From NCBI RefSeq assembly GCF_000315625.1, contig NW_005434673.1, positions 334,270 through 398,269 on the forward strand: 64,000 bases of DNA, in the 5' to 3' direction. The stretch's first letter is position 1; each line of letters begins with the position of its first letter. This document shows positions 1 to 12,900 of this stretch, in pieces. A program made the position numbers and the translations under genes. The notes beneath the pieces were generated by a model. That model was not told where the DNA came from. It ran no database searches and saw nothing but the letters and a program-made list of their open reading frames with translations. This DNA is from Guillardia theta CCMP2712. Taxonomy: Eukaryota > Protista > Cryptophyta.

Positions 1-2937
1 GAGAGGAGCCCGGGTGGTTTCAGCATGGGCGAGGAGAGCGATGATGGTGAGGTCGCGTTGATCCCTCCCGTCAGAGTTGAGGAAAGCACCGTCCCTTGCC
101 ACATGCTCTGCGCCGCCTTCGCTCACTCTGTCTGTGTGGGGAGAGAGCATCGAGCCCGAGCTCTGACGCCTCACAGCCGCACTGCGATGCGCCATCGCAA
201 GCCAGATTCCGACATGGGCGGAGCAAGATGGAGGCCCGCCTCAGTTTTTCACAGGGATGGTATTAGTAACGGAAATAACCGATGCGTGACGTCGAAGAGA
301 GGGAGAGATCATGGAGCAAGGAAGGGAGGGAAGGGAGGGAGAGGGAGAGGGAGGCGAGGGGGCGAGAGGAAGCCAACAGGAAGGACGAGAAGAGGATGAG
401 GAGAAGGCTGACAAAAGCCGGCGGAGCGAGAGGATGGGTGTACCAAGAGCATGCATAGTGCAGAAGAAAGCAGAAATGGTACAGTATCTGGAGATGGGGT
501 AGGGGAGCCAGGGAAGAGGAGGATGAGGATAAGAAATGCGAGTTTTGAGCAGGCAAGATAAGATTTCTTGACACAAAAGGATGAAGGAGGTACGACAATG
601 CAACATTTGTTAGGCCAATGGATGTTTGAACAAGCGCAGGGTGCACCGAGTTCAAGGTGAAAATAGAAATGTACAATCTGAGGAATGAAGCCTAATGGAG
701 GGATGGCAAGTGACAGTCGAGGACGGTTGATAGTAGAAGGAGTAGAGAAGGAGGGTGGAGTCTCCTCGTGAGGTCTCATGGAACATCCCGATGAGTTTGT
801 TTGGGCTGACAAGAGCTTCGCCAGCTCCGCATCGTCAGCATGTGGATGCTTCGCTTGCTCCCTGGAATGGGACCGGAAACGAAGAAACCGGATGAGTACA
901 ACACGACAAAGAGAGAAAAGATCATTCTTCGTCCTTCAGCAGCCCTGCCTCCTGCCAACGTGAACGCGAAACAGATAGCCAACAAGTTTACCAGTCAGAT
1001 CAGAGAAATGCACAAGATGTGTGGGGGAAGGTTGGACCTCATTCATATGATGTTTTGTCAGATTGCGGAACACAATGGAAAGCCCCCCATTCCTCCTCAA
1101 AGCATGCTCCTCCTCCTCGAACTGACCCCTGAAGACTGCAAGGAACATCCGGTGATTGTCAGTGACGTGGCGCTGGAGAAGGCGTTTGCAAAGATGATTA
1201 AGCCGGAAGACAATGCCGACGTGTTCTACACTAAAGTGATTTCTGTTGTGGAGCAGCAAGTGGCGAGATCAAAGCATGCGACAGTTGAGATCGAGAAACT
1301 CAGACCTGCCTTCAAGGAGCTGCATGAGGCCTGCGGAGGATCCTCAAAGGCTCTCTTCGCGTTCTTCATGGAGCTGCTGCCTGAGGAGCAACGTGGCCAA
1401 TATTCGCTCCCCATGTGGGTCAGCATGGTGATGAAACTTCCCCCTCAGACAACCCACATCGAGCTCGATCACTTCACGGATTGCTTTGCTCAAGCTATGG
1501 ACAGCACTGATACTGCAGAATCCATCCTCCCCAAGGTCCGCAAGCATATCGAGCTCAATCAGGACCCCAAAGCTGCAGCTGCCAAGGCTGCCGAAATTGA
1601 CCGACAGGCCAAGGAGATTGCAGAGAGAGAAAAGTGAGTAGCTCATGTTGGATCCTTCTACTCATTTCGTTGCTTCCAGGGCCGCACAAGCTCATGCCCA
1701 GAGTGGACCCAGTGCAGAGGCTGTTGAGCTCGTGAACAAATTTGCGACCAACATCAAGGAATTGCATTCCGCCACTGGTGATAGCGACGATTTTCTATTG
1801 AGCACCGAGTGATGAACGAGCTTGTCACACAGAGGGACGAGTCAGCTTGATTCATGCTGCGTTTTGCTCTGTGGCTGAGTCCAACGGAAAGCCTAGAATT
1901 CCTCCTCAAGCGATGGGAAGTTTGTTGGAGCTCACAAAGGAGGTGCTCAAACGAACACAGCAAGTCTCTTTCTGAATACTGTGTTCAGGACACCATGAAA
2001 AATCCAGTGACTGCTTCTCTGGAGCAACTGACAAAGGTGCATCAGGACCTCTCTTGCCTTGTGTCTAATAGCCTATCATCAGGCCTTTGCAAAGTTAGTG
2101 AGACCAGAAGAAACAGTAGAAAACTTTCAGTCTAAAGTTGTCGAGGTTTGTCATGTCAGACAGACTTGAATGATCTTCTGACAATGAAACGCGTTCAGGT
2201 CGTGGATAAATGCACCCGTAGAGCTCAACATGCGAGCAAGCAAATTTCCATTTTGTCGCCTGCATTAACCAAGTTACACGAAGCATGCGAAGGATCGAGC
2301 AAGAGCTTGTTCGAGGTCAGAATCTAAGAATCAGTGGTCGACAGCTTCCTGATGCTTTCTTCTCAGTTTTTCATGGACCTTGTGCCGGAGGCCCAACGTC
2401 CTGGACTCACGCAAGAACAGGTTTCCTGAATGGAATCTGTGTTGAGGATGGTAACCTTGTTCACAGTGGAATTCTCTCATTATGAAAGTTCATCCGAAGA
2501 CTGAGAAGGTATGCCTTTGTGGCTACTCAGCAGATCAAGCTTACTCTGTATTTCAGATCCCGCTGGATGTTTTCATTCTTAGCTTTCAGGATTCGATGGA
2601 TGACAGCGATGATTCATCCAAGATCCTTGTATCTTATCTGTCGGGTTAGCCCTATCGCTGATCTCTGCCATGCAGCCTGTGTTAGAAAAGCACATCGAAA
2701 TGCTCAACTCGGGCGGGGCAGCACGAGGCAAGACGAGTCAAGAAGAAGAAGCAACCAATGTAAACCCCTCGTGAAAGTTTGTTCTTGCTTGTTGGCCATG
2801 CTGACGTCTCGCTATGGCATCAGAGCTCCGAGGACATGGGAGGCGCTGCTGAGAAAGCTGAGTCAAGAGGCGAAGGTCAAACTGTGGGAGAGGGTAACGA
2901 AGGAGAATCGCAGCCTGGTGGTGAATTAGGGGAATGA
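1..2937 (+). CDS. Multi-exon hypothetical protein with four ~100-aa helical repeats (ABAB); 5' end uncertain, possibly outside the window
   Basis: Large exon ~813-1633 (ORF 840..1637) plus short GT-AG exons to TGA 2935-2937. The spliced 3' part reads ISILSPALTKLHEACEGSSKSLFE-FFMDLVPEAQRPG-WNSLIMKVHPKTEK-IPLDVFILSFQDSMDDSDDSSKIL. This aligns with IEKLRPAFKELHEACGGSSKALFAFFMELLPEEQRGQ...IELDHFTDCFAQAMDSTDTAESIL in the large exon. Confidence 0.7.
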
Positions 2938-3121
2938 TGTTGACTTCGGCTAGGGGGAATTCTTCATTAAATGTTTTGATAGAGATTCACATAAAATGTG
3001 TACGAAGAGCGTGTAGAAGGGAACAGGTCGATGTGGAAAAGAAAGAATAACATGTCAAAGAGCAATAATAGTAGTCGCTATCCTACAACAGTGTCAAAAG
3101 GTGGTTTCAGCGCCTTCTGCT

Positions 3122-6100
3122 TCATGGCGGTGGCACGGGGATCGGTGCTTCGGGGTAGAGTGGGTTGTACTGCTTGATAGGAACGCCACGCCCTTGATTG
3201 CCATAGTAGAAGTAAGGAGGAGTGGGGAAATCCGCCTCGTAGAAATAGGGGTTGGGAGTTGCCTGCGGAGCCTGCGCTGTTTCAGAGATTCGAGTTAAAA
3301 TTACTCCCATTACCATGCACTTGTCGAACTTAGAAGTTGATGGCAATATGCATATCCTTTTCCCCTCCAGATTTTCGTACTGGTCGCTGCGGAGGAGATC
3401 GGGATTGAGTTCCTGGTTTTACAACTTCATCAGCTTACACAGGAAATAACAAAGCATTACCAAGAGGTTATAAAACGACACGCCAAATTGCTTGGCAACA
3501 TTCAATAAATGGTCTGACGCTTTCATATGATACACCATGCCAAGTCGAATCTTCTCCAGCGTTGGAATGACAAGGTAGAAAATATCATTGTTGTCGACCA
3601 AGGGCCCGTCCACGCTATTCATGGTCAGTCAAGATGTAACAGGGTCTGCTTTACCTTCGATTTGCTTCTGTGAAATAGCGATGGTTCACACTGTATAAAT
3701 CAAGCCAGGTGCCTCCATAGACGTTGGATATCGATGAAAGTGTCTCATTTTTCAACACACATTTGAGACATTTGGGCACTACAACGTAAAAGCAATTTCG
3801 TGTAGAATACTCAATGTCAAATTTGAACATCGCGTGTTGCAGAATAATGCAAATCTTGTAAGCGGAGCCTTCATACCCATGAATTAAAGTCCATGAAATC
3901 GATCCGTGTATTTCATCCCCGAATGAAGAAGTAATCAGTTCGAAGTCCGATGGTTGCAACAGATAGTCAGCAATGGGCAGGACTCTTTGTGGCTGGTTCA
4001 AGAACCACCAGGACTGTGATAGCGTTAGGGTAGAAGCATCGAGCGCAAAAATGCAAGACCTTTCGAGGAATGCTTACTGAATGTAAATTTAATCGTACAG
4101 TCTCTGGACCAATGCAAAATTGATTGGTATCATAACCGTCAACCTTGCAGATGTCACTCCGTTTGAAGAAGGGTGCAGATTGTCATACCCAAGACGTATT
4201 GTAGAAGTACACAGGAGGTAAAGCAGTTGTAGATGTCATAATCTACGGATGAAAATGTAAACGATTTTGCAAGAAGATTCAAAAGAGACCTCATTTTCAG
4301 TTGGTGTATAATTGGTATTCAACACAAGAAAATCTGAATCAAGATTTGGAGTGAGGACGGTATACTCCATATGTGCACGGAGAAAAGAGAGCCCTGAAGA
4401 AAACACTTTGAGAAATTGTATGAGAAGTCACATGTAGATTACCTCCATATGCAGAAAAGTTTAGATTGAGCTTCCCGCAATCAAGTGTTTCAACAAAAAT
4501 TGAATTTTGAAATGTGGTATTTGACATATTCCACTGGGCTGGTTCTGATGGTAGATGATTCAGACCAAATACCAGTACAGAATTACTCACTTAGAAAGTA
4601 GAAAACCAGCTGTCCTATGTATGTAGATACAACCTGTTCTCCATTCCTGTTCAAAGAAAATATCGTTTGACCGATATTCGTATAATTCGGAGGATTCCAA
4701 GGAGGAGGGAAACCTGAAAGGTCTGCTTGATCACATCCTTTGCAAACAAACAAATCTTACATGTCAATAGAAAAGGAGTTTTGAATTCACAAGGCCCTTC
4801 CAAGTAATTTTGTATATCCACTGGAAAGGTGCTGACAGCTTCTGTGCATAGTCGTGCTGGCCTAACAGTGATACTGAACCTTGCCTTATAGCTTGAGCAT
4901 ACTTGTCAATGTTTGGAAAACATTACTCTGTAATCTTACCTTGTATTCATGAAATTCCGCCCATAAACTTCAATTCTCCCCCCGCCGGCAGCGGACGCTG
5001 ATTGCTTCGAAATATCGCTCCAGGTATCTGGTATTCAATCATTCATTCGGACTGCCTCACCATCAGAAGCGAGTTACCGTAGAAGGAAACGGGAACGCTT
5101 CTGTAAAAAAAGGCTCCAGCGAGAAATCTCGTGAGAAAATTGACGTAATGTGTTATGATTGGTTGTGGCTGATTCAATGTTTCAGAAACGCAACCACAAG
5201 GAGCTTTCGTGAGACGACAGACCTTTCCTCGATTTACTGGCCGAAGAGAGTCAAAGATGTAGTTCTGGTATGCAATGGAAACATTCGCTGAAAAGGCAGA
5301 CTCGTTCGTAGAGATCGGGCAGAGTCCCGTGGAAACGTTGACTACCTATAGAAATTCATTTAAACAGATTTCACCACATGAATGCGAAGCTGTTTTGACC
5401 TGCATTGGTATTCCGTTCGACAAATTCAGGCTAGAATAACCCTGAAGACTCAAAGGTTTCCATCCTCCTTCCCGAAACAGAAAACAGCTGGACAGATTAA
5501 GAATGAAATTGCCATGAAGAAGGTAGAACAAGATCAGCCCTCTTATCACAATCCTTTTTCATGTACATCACCTGTACTGCTTGCTTTTCACAAATCCAGC
5601 ACCGCGAATAGTCATCAATTGATCAAACCCACTCAAAGGATTGGGAATGATCTCCGAGATGTCCTCTAGTAAGAAACAAAATTAGTATCTGAATGTATGT
5701 GCGAAGCGTGATACCCATCATGTATATGTAGAAATGGATGAACGGACCATTCTCAAGCTTGAGAGCCTTCATATCTTTGTAAATCTTGAGTTCTACTTTC
5801 GTTGCCTCGTAGGTCAAACCCCATTGGGCTACTGGGCAATACAATTTTGTCTCGTTCGAAAATATTGCCGAGGTACACATTTGAAGGTTATTTCTTGAAA
5901 AGCAACATTGATAACAGCTGAAGGATATCATCAGCTTAGCAACGCAAACTCCATGAAAACACCTGATAAGTTGATTGGAGCAATTTGAAAAGGAGCCTTG
6001 TATGCTCAAACTGGTATCTCCCAATGAGCTGCGCAGAACAGGGACTGGACGATGAATGTCAGCTCAAACACAGCAAATGAACATTACCATAAATATTTCC

Positions 6101-6211
6101 GGAACCACCAGCGTTCGCATGTACAGTCTGATAATAATCCCAGTAATCTTGTGATGCTGTTTGAGCCGGCAAAGCAAGGCAAAGAAGTGCTATTATCCAG
6201 CCCTTGGACAT
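3122..6211 (-). CDS. Secreted protein with IPT/TIG-like N-terminal domains and two C-terminal LysM domains (paralog A)
   Basis: ATG 6211 gives signal peptide MSKGWIIALLCLALPAQTAS-QDYWD. IPT-like YQCCF...TSAIFSNETKLYCPVAQWG. LysM-like CVLKNETLSSISNVYGGTWLDLYSVN and YHMKASDHLLNVAKQFGVSFYNL...LNPDL...KRICILP. Pro-rich tail to stop at 3122. Colinear similarity with 22198..25255. Confidence 0.75.
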
Positions 6212-6547
6212 CCCTTTTCCCTATACAACTTTTGAGTTCAGCAAAGTCGAACAACGCATCGATCCTTACCCCGAGATGAATTAAGATGTCATGGCGACCT
6301 AATCTGCATCAACGCGTCTACCTTGGTGCACTGTTGCCTCCTAGATGAATAGACCTCTCTCATACACACACACACCTCATCCCTTCTCTTTCACCAGCAT
6401 AGTCCACCATATCTCGGCTCTCCCCTCCAATGGCCATGGACTACCCCAGGGCATCTCACTACCCTTCTGTCTTGGTCAATTCACCCGTCTCCCACCCAGA
6501 TGCCACTGAGTTGGGTAAAAATGTGAGTACTTTCGCGGAAGGTATGG

Positions 6548-6680
6548 ACACCGGCGACCGGGCCCGGTCTACCGTACCACTCGCAACTTTGAAGTAAAAT
6601 GACCGATAGAGCCCGTCAGTGCAGCACTGGCATGCCCCGACTGGATATAACCCGCGACTGTCATCAGTAACTCAGTTACT
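6548..6680. other. CCGG/palindrome-rich scrambled tract between divergent LysM-A and dynein starts
   Basis: accggcgaccgggcccggtctaccgtacc...cagtgcagcactggcatgccccg...actcagttact; same word composition as five other intergenic tracts. Confidence 0.5.
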
Positions 6681-6921
6681 ATTTACTGACCTCATCAGTA
6701 TGACAAGTGCAGGCTGTCTTTCTGTTTGAATCGGATCGGGCCTGAGGCGGGCTGTCTTTCTCTGATTTCATGGGGCTCATCGACATGGTAGGCCCGAAGG
6801 AACTGCAAGGCCAGGGGAGGTGAGCTGAGGAAGAGCGCGGGGGCAGGTGAGATATCCTCTGCATCGCTGAGAGTGCGGGCACTCAGAGTCAGCAAGACCA
6901 GCATCGTTGCGCTCCCTGAAG

Positions 6922-9900
6922 ATGGATGCATTCGTGAGGCGGATGAGTTCATGGAAAGACAACTACGATGATCAGGTTGAAAATTATTTGGACTCCAGGC
7001 ATAGATGGATTATCAGCCGATTAAAGACTGCCTTCGGTCCAGAGGTGGAACTTCGCAACCTGGAGAATTTCTTCCTCAGTCCTGAAATGTTTCAGAGAGT
7101 GAATCAATTCCTTGATTCTGGCAGCTCCAGGGTTTTGCTTTTTACAGTCAAAAAGCCAGATCCCATGTTCATATTTGGACAAGAAAGCGATGAATTAGAA
7201 CGGCAAAATGAATTGATATTGATAGAGGATGATAGAAATCAAAAACTGGAAGTTAAAGGAGTTTACTTTTTTCGTATGTTGTATAACTTTGAGGGTGAGC
7301 ACACCACGGAAATTCGAGATCCTGACAACGAGATCGGATACGGTGAGATGTCGCCGAATGTTCTTGAGAGCTACAACGACTATTTGCAACAAGTTATGCT
7401 ACCGCGACAATCAGACGAAAGCTTACACACTTGGGGTCAAGCAGATAGCGAACATATGAAGAACTTCAGCACTGACGTGCGGAGGTTTGCGAACATAGTA
7501 CATGATGCTGTACGAAGTCTCCAGGTATGTCACTATTGTGCTGATGTGAGTAGGTGAAGTAATCTATGATCAGGGTGGAATAGAGCTTCGAAGGCCTGAA
7601 GAACGATTTATCATCGAAAACAAACAGCAAAGCTACCTCAGAGCTGCGTCAGACCCTGACATTTTATCCGTCTATGAGGGAATCATGGAGAGTTGGTGTG
7701 AGCAGTGTGAGAATTTTATGGCTGAGAGTGAATCTGTCTATGATTCAGCCAACGATAATTCAGGCCCTGAAAGCGAATTCGATTTTTGGAGGAGTAGAAT
7801 GACAAAGTTCAACAGCATCGCGGAGCAGCTCAAGTCGAGAGAATGCAAGTGTGTACTTGGAGTTGTCGGTCAGAGCAGGCACAACAAGACATGGAAAAAA
7901 TGGAAAGTAATCGACAAAATGATCACAGATGCTCTAAATGAGGCCAGAGACAACGTGAAATACCTCTCTACACTAGAGAAAGTGTCACAGCCTCTGTATT
8001 CAGGCGAACCTGTCGAAATTATCGAGGCTTTGCCTGCAATTTTCAATAGTGTAAAAGTCATTTTTACAATCGCTCGATACTACGGGACGAGGGATAGAAT
8101 CAGCATTCTTTTATCGAAAATTAGCAATCAATTAATTCTGAATTGCAGAGAACACATTCGTAGACCTCCAAATTCGTTTGGGAATGTGAGGCTTTGGGAT
8201 CAAGAAAGCACAAATCTGATTGCACGATTGGCTCTTACGATCAAGCTGCAAGAAGAATATGTAAATGCATACCAAAGCATGAAAGAAAAGTTGATGTCTC
8301 AACCAAAAGGGAAACAGTTCGAGCTGAATGAATCTCAGATATTTGGTAAGCTGGATTCATTCGTAAAACGGGTTCAGAAAGTGTTAGATATGTTTGTTAC
8401 ATTCAATCAATTCAAATCCCTAGCCTCTCACAACATCGAAGGGATGGAATTTCTCGTCAAAACATTTTTTGATATAATGTCTGAATTTAAACGTAAACCC
8501 TATGATCTTCTTGACTACAGCAAAACAGCATTTGATCGTGATTACCTGGAGTACACCTCACAAATAAATGAATTAGAGGAACAAGTGCAGACCTTTATTA
8601 ATGCAAGCTTCGAGAACATAAACAGTACTGAACAAGCGTTGTCCTTGCTGAAAGAATTTGAGGATATTCTAGTCAGGTATGTTGAGTAATTTTATGCGAT
8701 CGAATCTAATTCATGCTTCATAGGGATTCTTTCAAATCTGTGTTGGATAGCAAGTATACAGTAATATTCTACAACTACATTTTGGATCTGGAAAGGATTC
8801 AGAAAATCTATGAAAAGCAAAAAGTTTCACCACCAACTGTATGGAATTTGCCTCCGGTGTCTGCAAACATCATATGGGCAAAACAGTTGTTGGCAAAAAT
8901 TGAGGAGCCCATGAAAAAATTCAGGGACCATGAAATCTTGATGAGAGAGTCAAAGGAGGCCAAACGGATCATAAAGCAATACAACAAGGTCGCCAGAGTC
9001 CTAGTGGAGTATGAAACACTGTGGCAAGATGCCTGGATCCGTTCGATTGAAGCTGCTAAATCCGGATTACAGGCTACATTAATTATTCGACATCCAATCA
9101 CTGGTCGTTACTTCGTCAACTTTGATAGGGAGATCATTCAGCTCATACGGGAGACCAAGGTCCTGCAAAGATGTGGAATTGATATTCCAGATACTGCAAA
9201 GACAGTAATGGTGCAAGAAGAGAAATTCAAATCTTATTATCATCAACTATCCTTTGTTTTGTACGAATATGAGAGGGTTACCAAGATGGTGGTCCCGATT
9301 GTGCGTCCATTGCTGAAGGTACACATCGCAGATTTAGAATCAACATTACAACCTGGCATGGTGCTGCTCACCTGGCATTCGATGAATATTGAAAGCTTTC
9401 TTGAAAGAATACATGTTTCCCTGAATAGATTTGAAGACCTTGTCAGAGGTATAAATGATATTGTGGAAAACAGAATCGAAAGGAATCTTAAAATCATCAG
9501 CAGATCACTCCTGGTAGATCTGCCTACAAATGAATCTTTTACACTCGAGCAATTCATCATGTTGCAAGAAAAAACAATCAAATTAAGAACGATAATGATA
9601 CAATCCAAAAACAATGAAATAGAGCAATCCCTCCGCGACCTTATCAACATAGTTCTTGCATTTCCATTGCAGACCGATGAAAGAATAGAAGAGAACGTAG
9701 TTGATTCATTATGGAACCATTATGCGAATCTTGTTTACGTATCGGTTCTGCGATGTACAAAACAGTCCTTTTTCGCTTTGAAACGTCGGCTTGCTTCTAA
9801 ATCTCATGGTGGTTTTCTGTACATGGAGCGCCCTTTCTTTGATGTTGACATTGAGTTAGCCAATTCAACCGTGACAATGAATCCTAGTCTGGATGAAATC

Positions 9901-12900
9901 CAAAATGCAGTGAACAGATGTGCATTAAACATATTGAGGACTTCGAAGTTGATTTTTCAATGGTCTGCATCGATTGAAATGAATGACATTCACCGTGAGT
10001 CATTCCATCCTCTAATAGCAAAAGACTATCAAATAGTTTCTGTATGCTTGATTTTGACAGGAGCAATCGAAGGCATAAAAAAACAGGTTCACGACTATTT
10101 GCAGACTTTCATGAGATATGATTTCTTTTGGAAAACGGATAAGCATGTCGTCTATGGTGAGTTTGAGAACAGTATTCCCGGTACGGAAGAGTTTGAAAGA
10201 GAAATTCAGAAATATCAGGAGATCGGTAAGAAAGTGAATGAAATTCCTCCAGTGCACAATATCGGTTGTCTTTCATTAGAAACCGGACCCCTTAAAAAAT
10301 CCTTGAAGTATGAAATTTCTCAATGGGAAGAAATGTACAGTATGAACCTTCATAAAAGGGCGCTAAATGAACTCAACAAGATTCAAGAAGAATTTAGGAT
10401 GATAGATGAAGGCGTGGATATGGAAATCAAAAATTTGGAATCTGTGCAACAGATCTTTCAGGTAAATTGCTTTCTGTCCCGAAGAATTGATTGACTTCGA
10501 TGTGAGCAGATTCTGAAGATGGCTCGAAATATGGAAGGAAATGTTGAGAGCAGGATCTTTCCTATCCAATTGAAGTACACAACGCTTTTGAATTATTCCG
10601 TCAAGCTTGATGAACAAGAAGTTCAAAGGCAGCAGAATTTAATCTTTCAGTGGCAAGCGATTAAGAAGAAAATACAAGCTGTATCCGACAATCTCTTCGA
10701 AAGGCAATTAGTGTTTCAAAACCGTCTCATTGAAGATATCAAATTCTTTGCCGAAGAGATCCGAATTTTCCGAGCTGACTTTGTCGAACACGGTCCGATG
10801 GAATCTGGTAACTGAATTGCAATTTCTTACCTGTCTCCACTTATGCGCTTCACAGGCATAAGTACGCATGAAGCCTCCAACAGAGTTGAAAAGTACAAGC
10901 AAATCTGTGGAGAAAAAGAAAGTGAGTTCAACTTGGTGGAAATTTCCATCCCTCAATTCTGATTCAACATTTTTCATAGAAAAGTGGAAGAAGATTGCTG
11001 ACGGAGAGCATCTCTTTGGGTTGCCAGTCACTAGATACGCAGACCTCATAGTAACCAAAAAAGAGCTCGAACTCCTTGAAAATCTCTATATCTTGCATGA
11101 CAATGTGATACAGTCCTTAAAATCCTATAAGAGGATGAAATGGAAGGAATTGATAGATCGGCTTCCTGAGATTATTCAAGAAATTGATATACTGCAGAAC
11201 AAATGTAAACAGATTCCTCGCAAGCTGGCTAATTGGGAAGCATATCGTGAAACACAAAAATCGCTTCAAGAGATCCAAGAGGTATTGATGGCTATTTCAG
11301 GAGAAGTACTAACATATTTGTTATCCAGTTCATTCCTGTCGTGGAAGCGCTTAATAATCACGCTTTGCGAGAAAGACATATTGTTGTGATCAACGGCCTC
11401 TCCGGACTTGACATCAAGTCATCGCTGTCAGCACTTACGCTGGATGGAATTATGCAGAGCGAGCTGGTGAAGAACAAGAAGTTGCTTGACGAGATTGGGG
11501 AAAGAGCCATTCATGAGCTATCCATCGAGAGGAAGCTAATCGAAATCGAAATTGAATGGTCTGATCTCAAGCTAGAATTTTCGAGTTTCAAGTCACGTGG
11601 ACCAGTTTTAATCAAGATCGAAACTTCAAATATGATATTACAAAAAGTTGGAGAGTCAACAACTCAATTAGATCAGATTCAAACCAGCAAATATCAGGAT
11701 TTCTTCGCGGAATCAATTGTTGGTTGGATCGACAAGCTGAACAATGTTGAGCTGGTTCTGGAAAAATTGATTCAAATTCAGGGCATTTGGCACAGATTAG
11801 AAACAATTTTCTCTTCTTTGGATGCAAAGAAGCATTTGCCACAAGAAGCCAAACGGTTTGACAAAATCGACAAAGCATACATGAAGCTGACTTCTAATGC
11901 ATTTGAGACTCCATATATCCTAAAATTCTGTACGATGGCAACAAATTTATACTCGTCATTAGAATCTCTCGGAAGGGACCTTGAGATCTGCCAAGCATCA
12001 ATTTCGAATTTCTTGGATATCAAACGGCTTGATTTTCCGAGGTTTTGTTTCGTCCCAGAGGATTGTTTGGTAGATATTCTCTGTATGTCCATCTCACAAA
12101 CTGTCGCGATGAGTCAGCTATCCATTCTATTCAACAGCCTAAGGTTTGTGGTGCTGAGCGAATCCTCTCCTCACATCGCCACTGGCATGACTTCGAGTGC
12201 TTTCGAATCAGTGACATTCACTCAACCGATAGACATTTCCAACGATGTGACCAAATTTCTTGCTCAAGTTGAGTCGGGAATGCAGACAAGTCTAAACAGT
12301 CTTATTTTGCAATCACTAAGTGCTGTTGAGGACCTTGACCAATTGCTTGAAAACTTTCCATCACAACTCTGCCTGCTTGCAATGAATTTAAATGTCACAC
12401 AGAAAGTAGAAGAATACATAGTTCGAATTTTTGCACCAGAGTCCATTAGTCAGGGCAACGTGAGAAAGTTTCTTGATCGAAACCAAGAACAGCTTGTTTC
12501 GAAGGTGAAATCAGGGAAGCTAAATCCCGTGCAAAGAGACAAGGTCCAGCTGCTGTTGATGTCTATCATCCTTCAGACAGAAATGATTCAGACTCAAATC
12601 TTTGGCCACGTGGAATCTACCAGTGATTATGATTGGATGAAGCAGGCTAAAATTACGTACTCGAAAAGCACCGATGAAGCAGTGATTGAAATGCTTCATT
12701 TCAAGATGTCTTACAGCAATGAATTGATCAGCTGTAAAGACAGAATCATCGTCACTCCCCCCACAGAAAGATGTTTCCTGTTGATGGCGTTGTCGATCGC
12801 TGCTTTCAACGGCAGTCTTGTTTGTGGTCTTTCCGGTTCTGGAAAGTCAGAGGTAGTTGCCGAATTTGCACGTCTCATTGGAGTTTTTGCTGTCTTTTAT

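Noticed and set aside
241-812. Minus-strand Ser/Pro/Leu-rich ORFs
   Set aside because: Antisense translation of a purine-rich, probably intronic tract.
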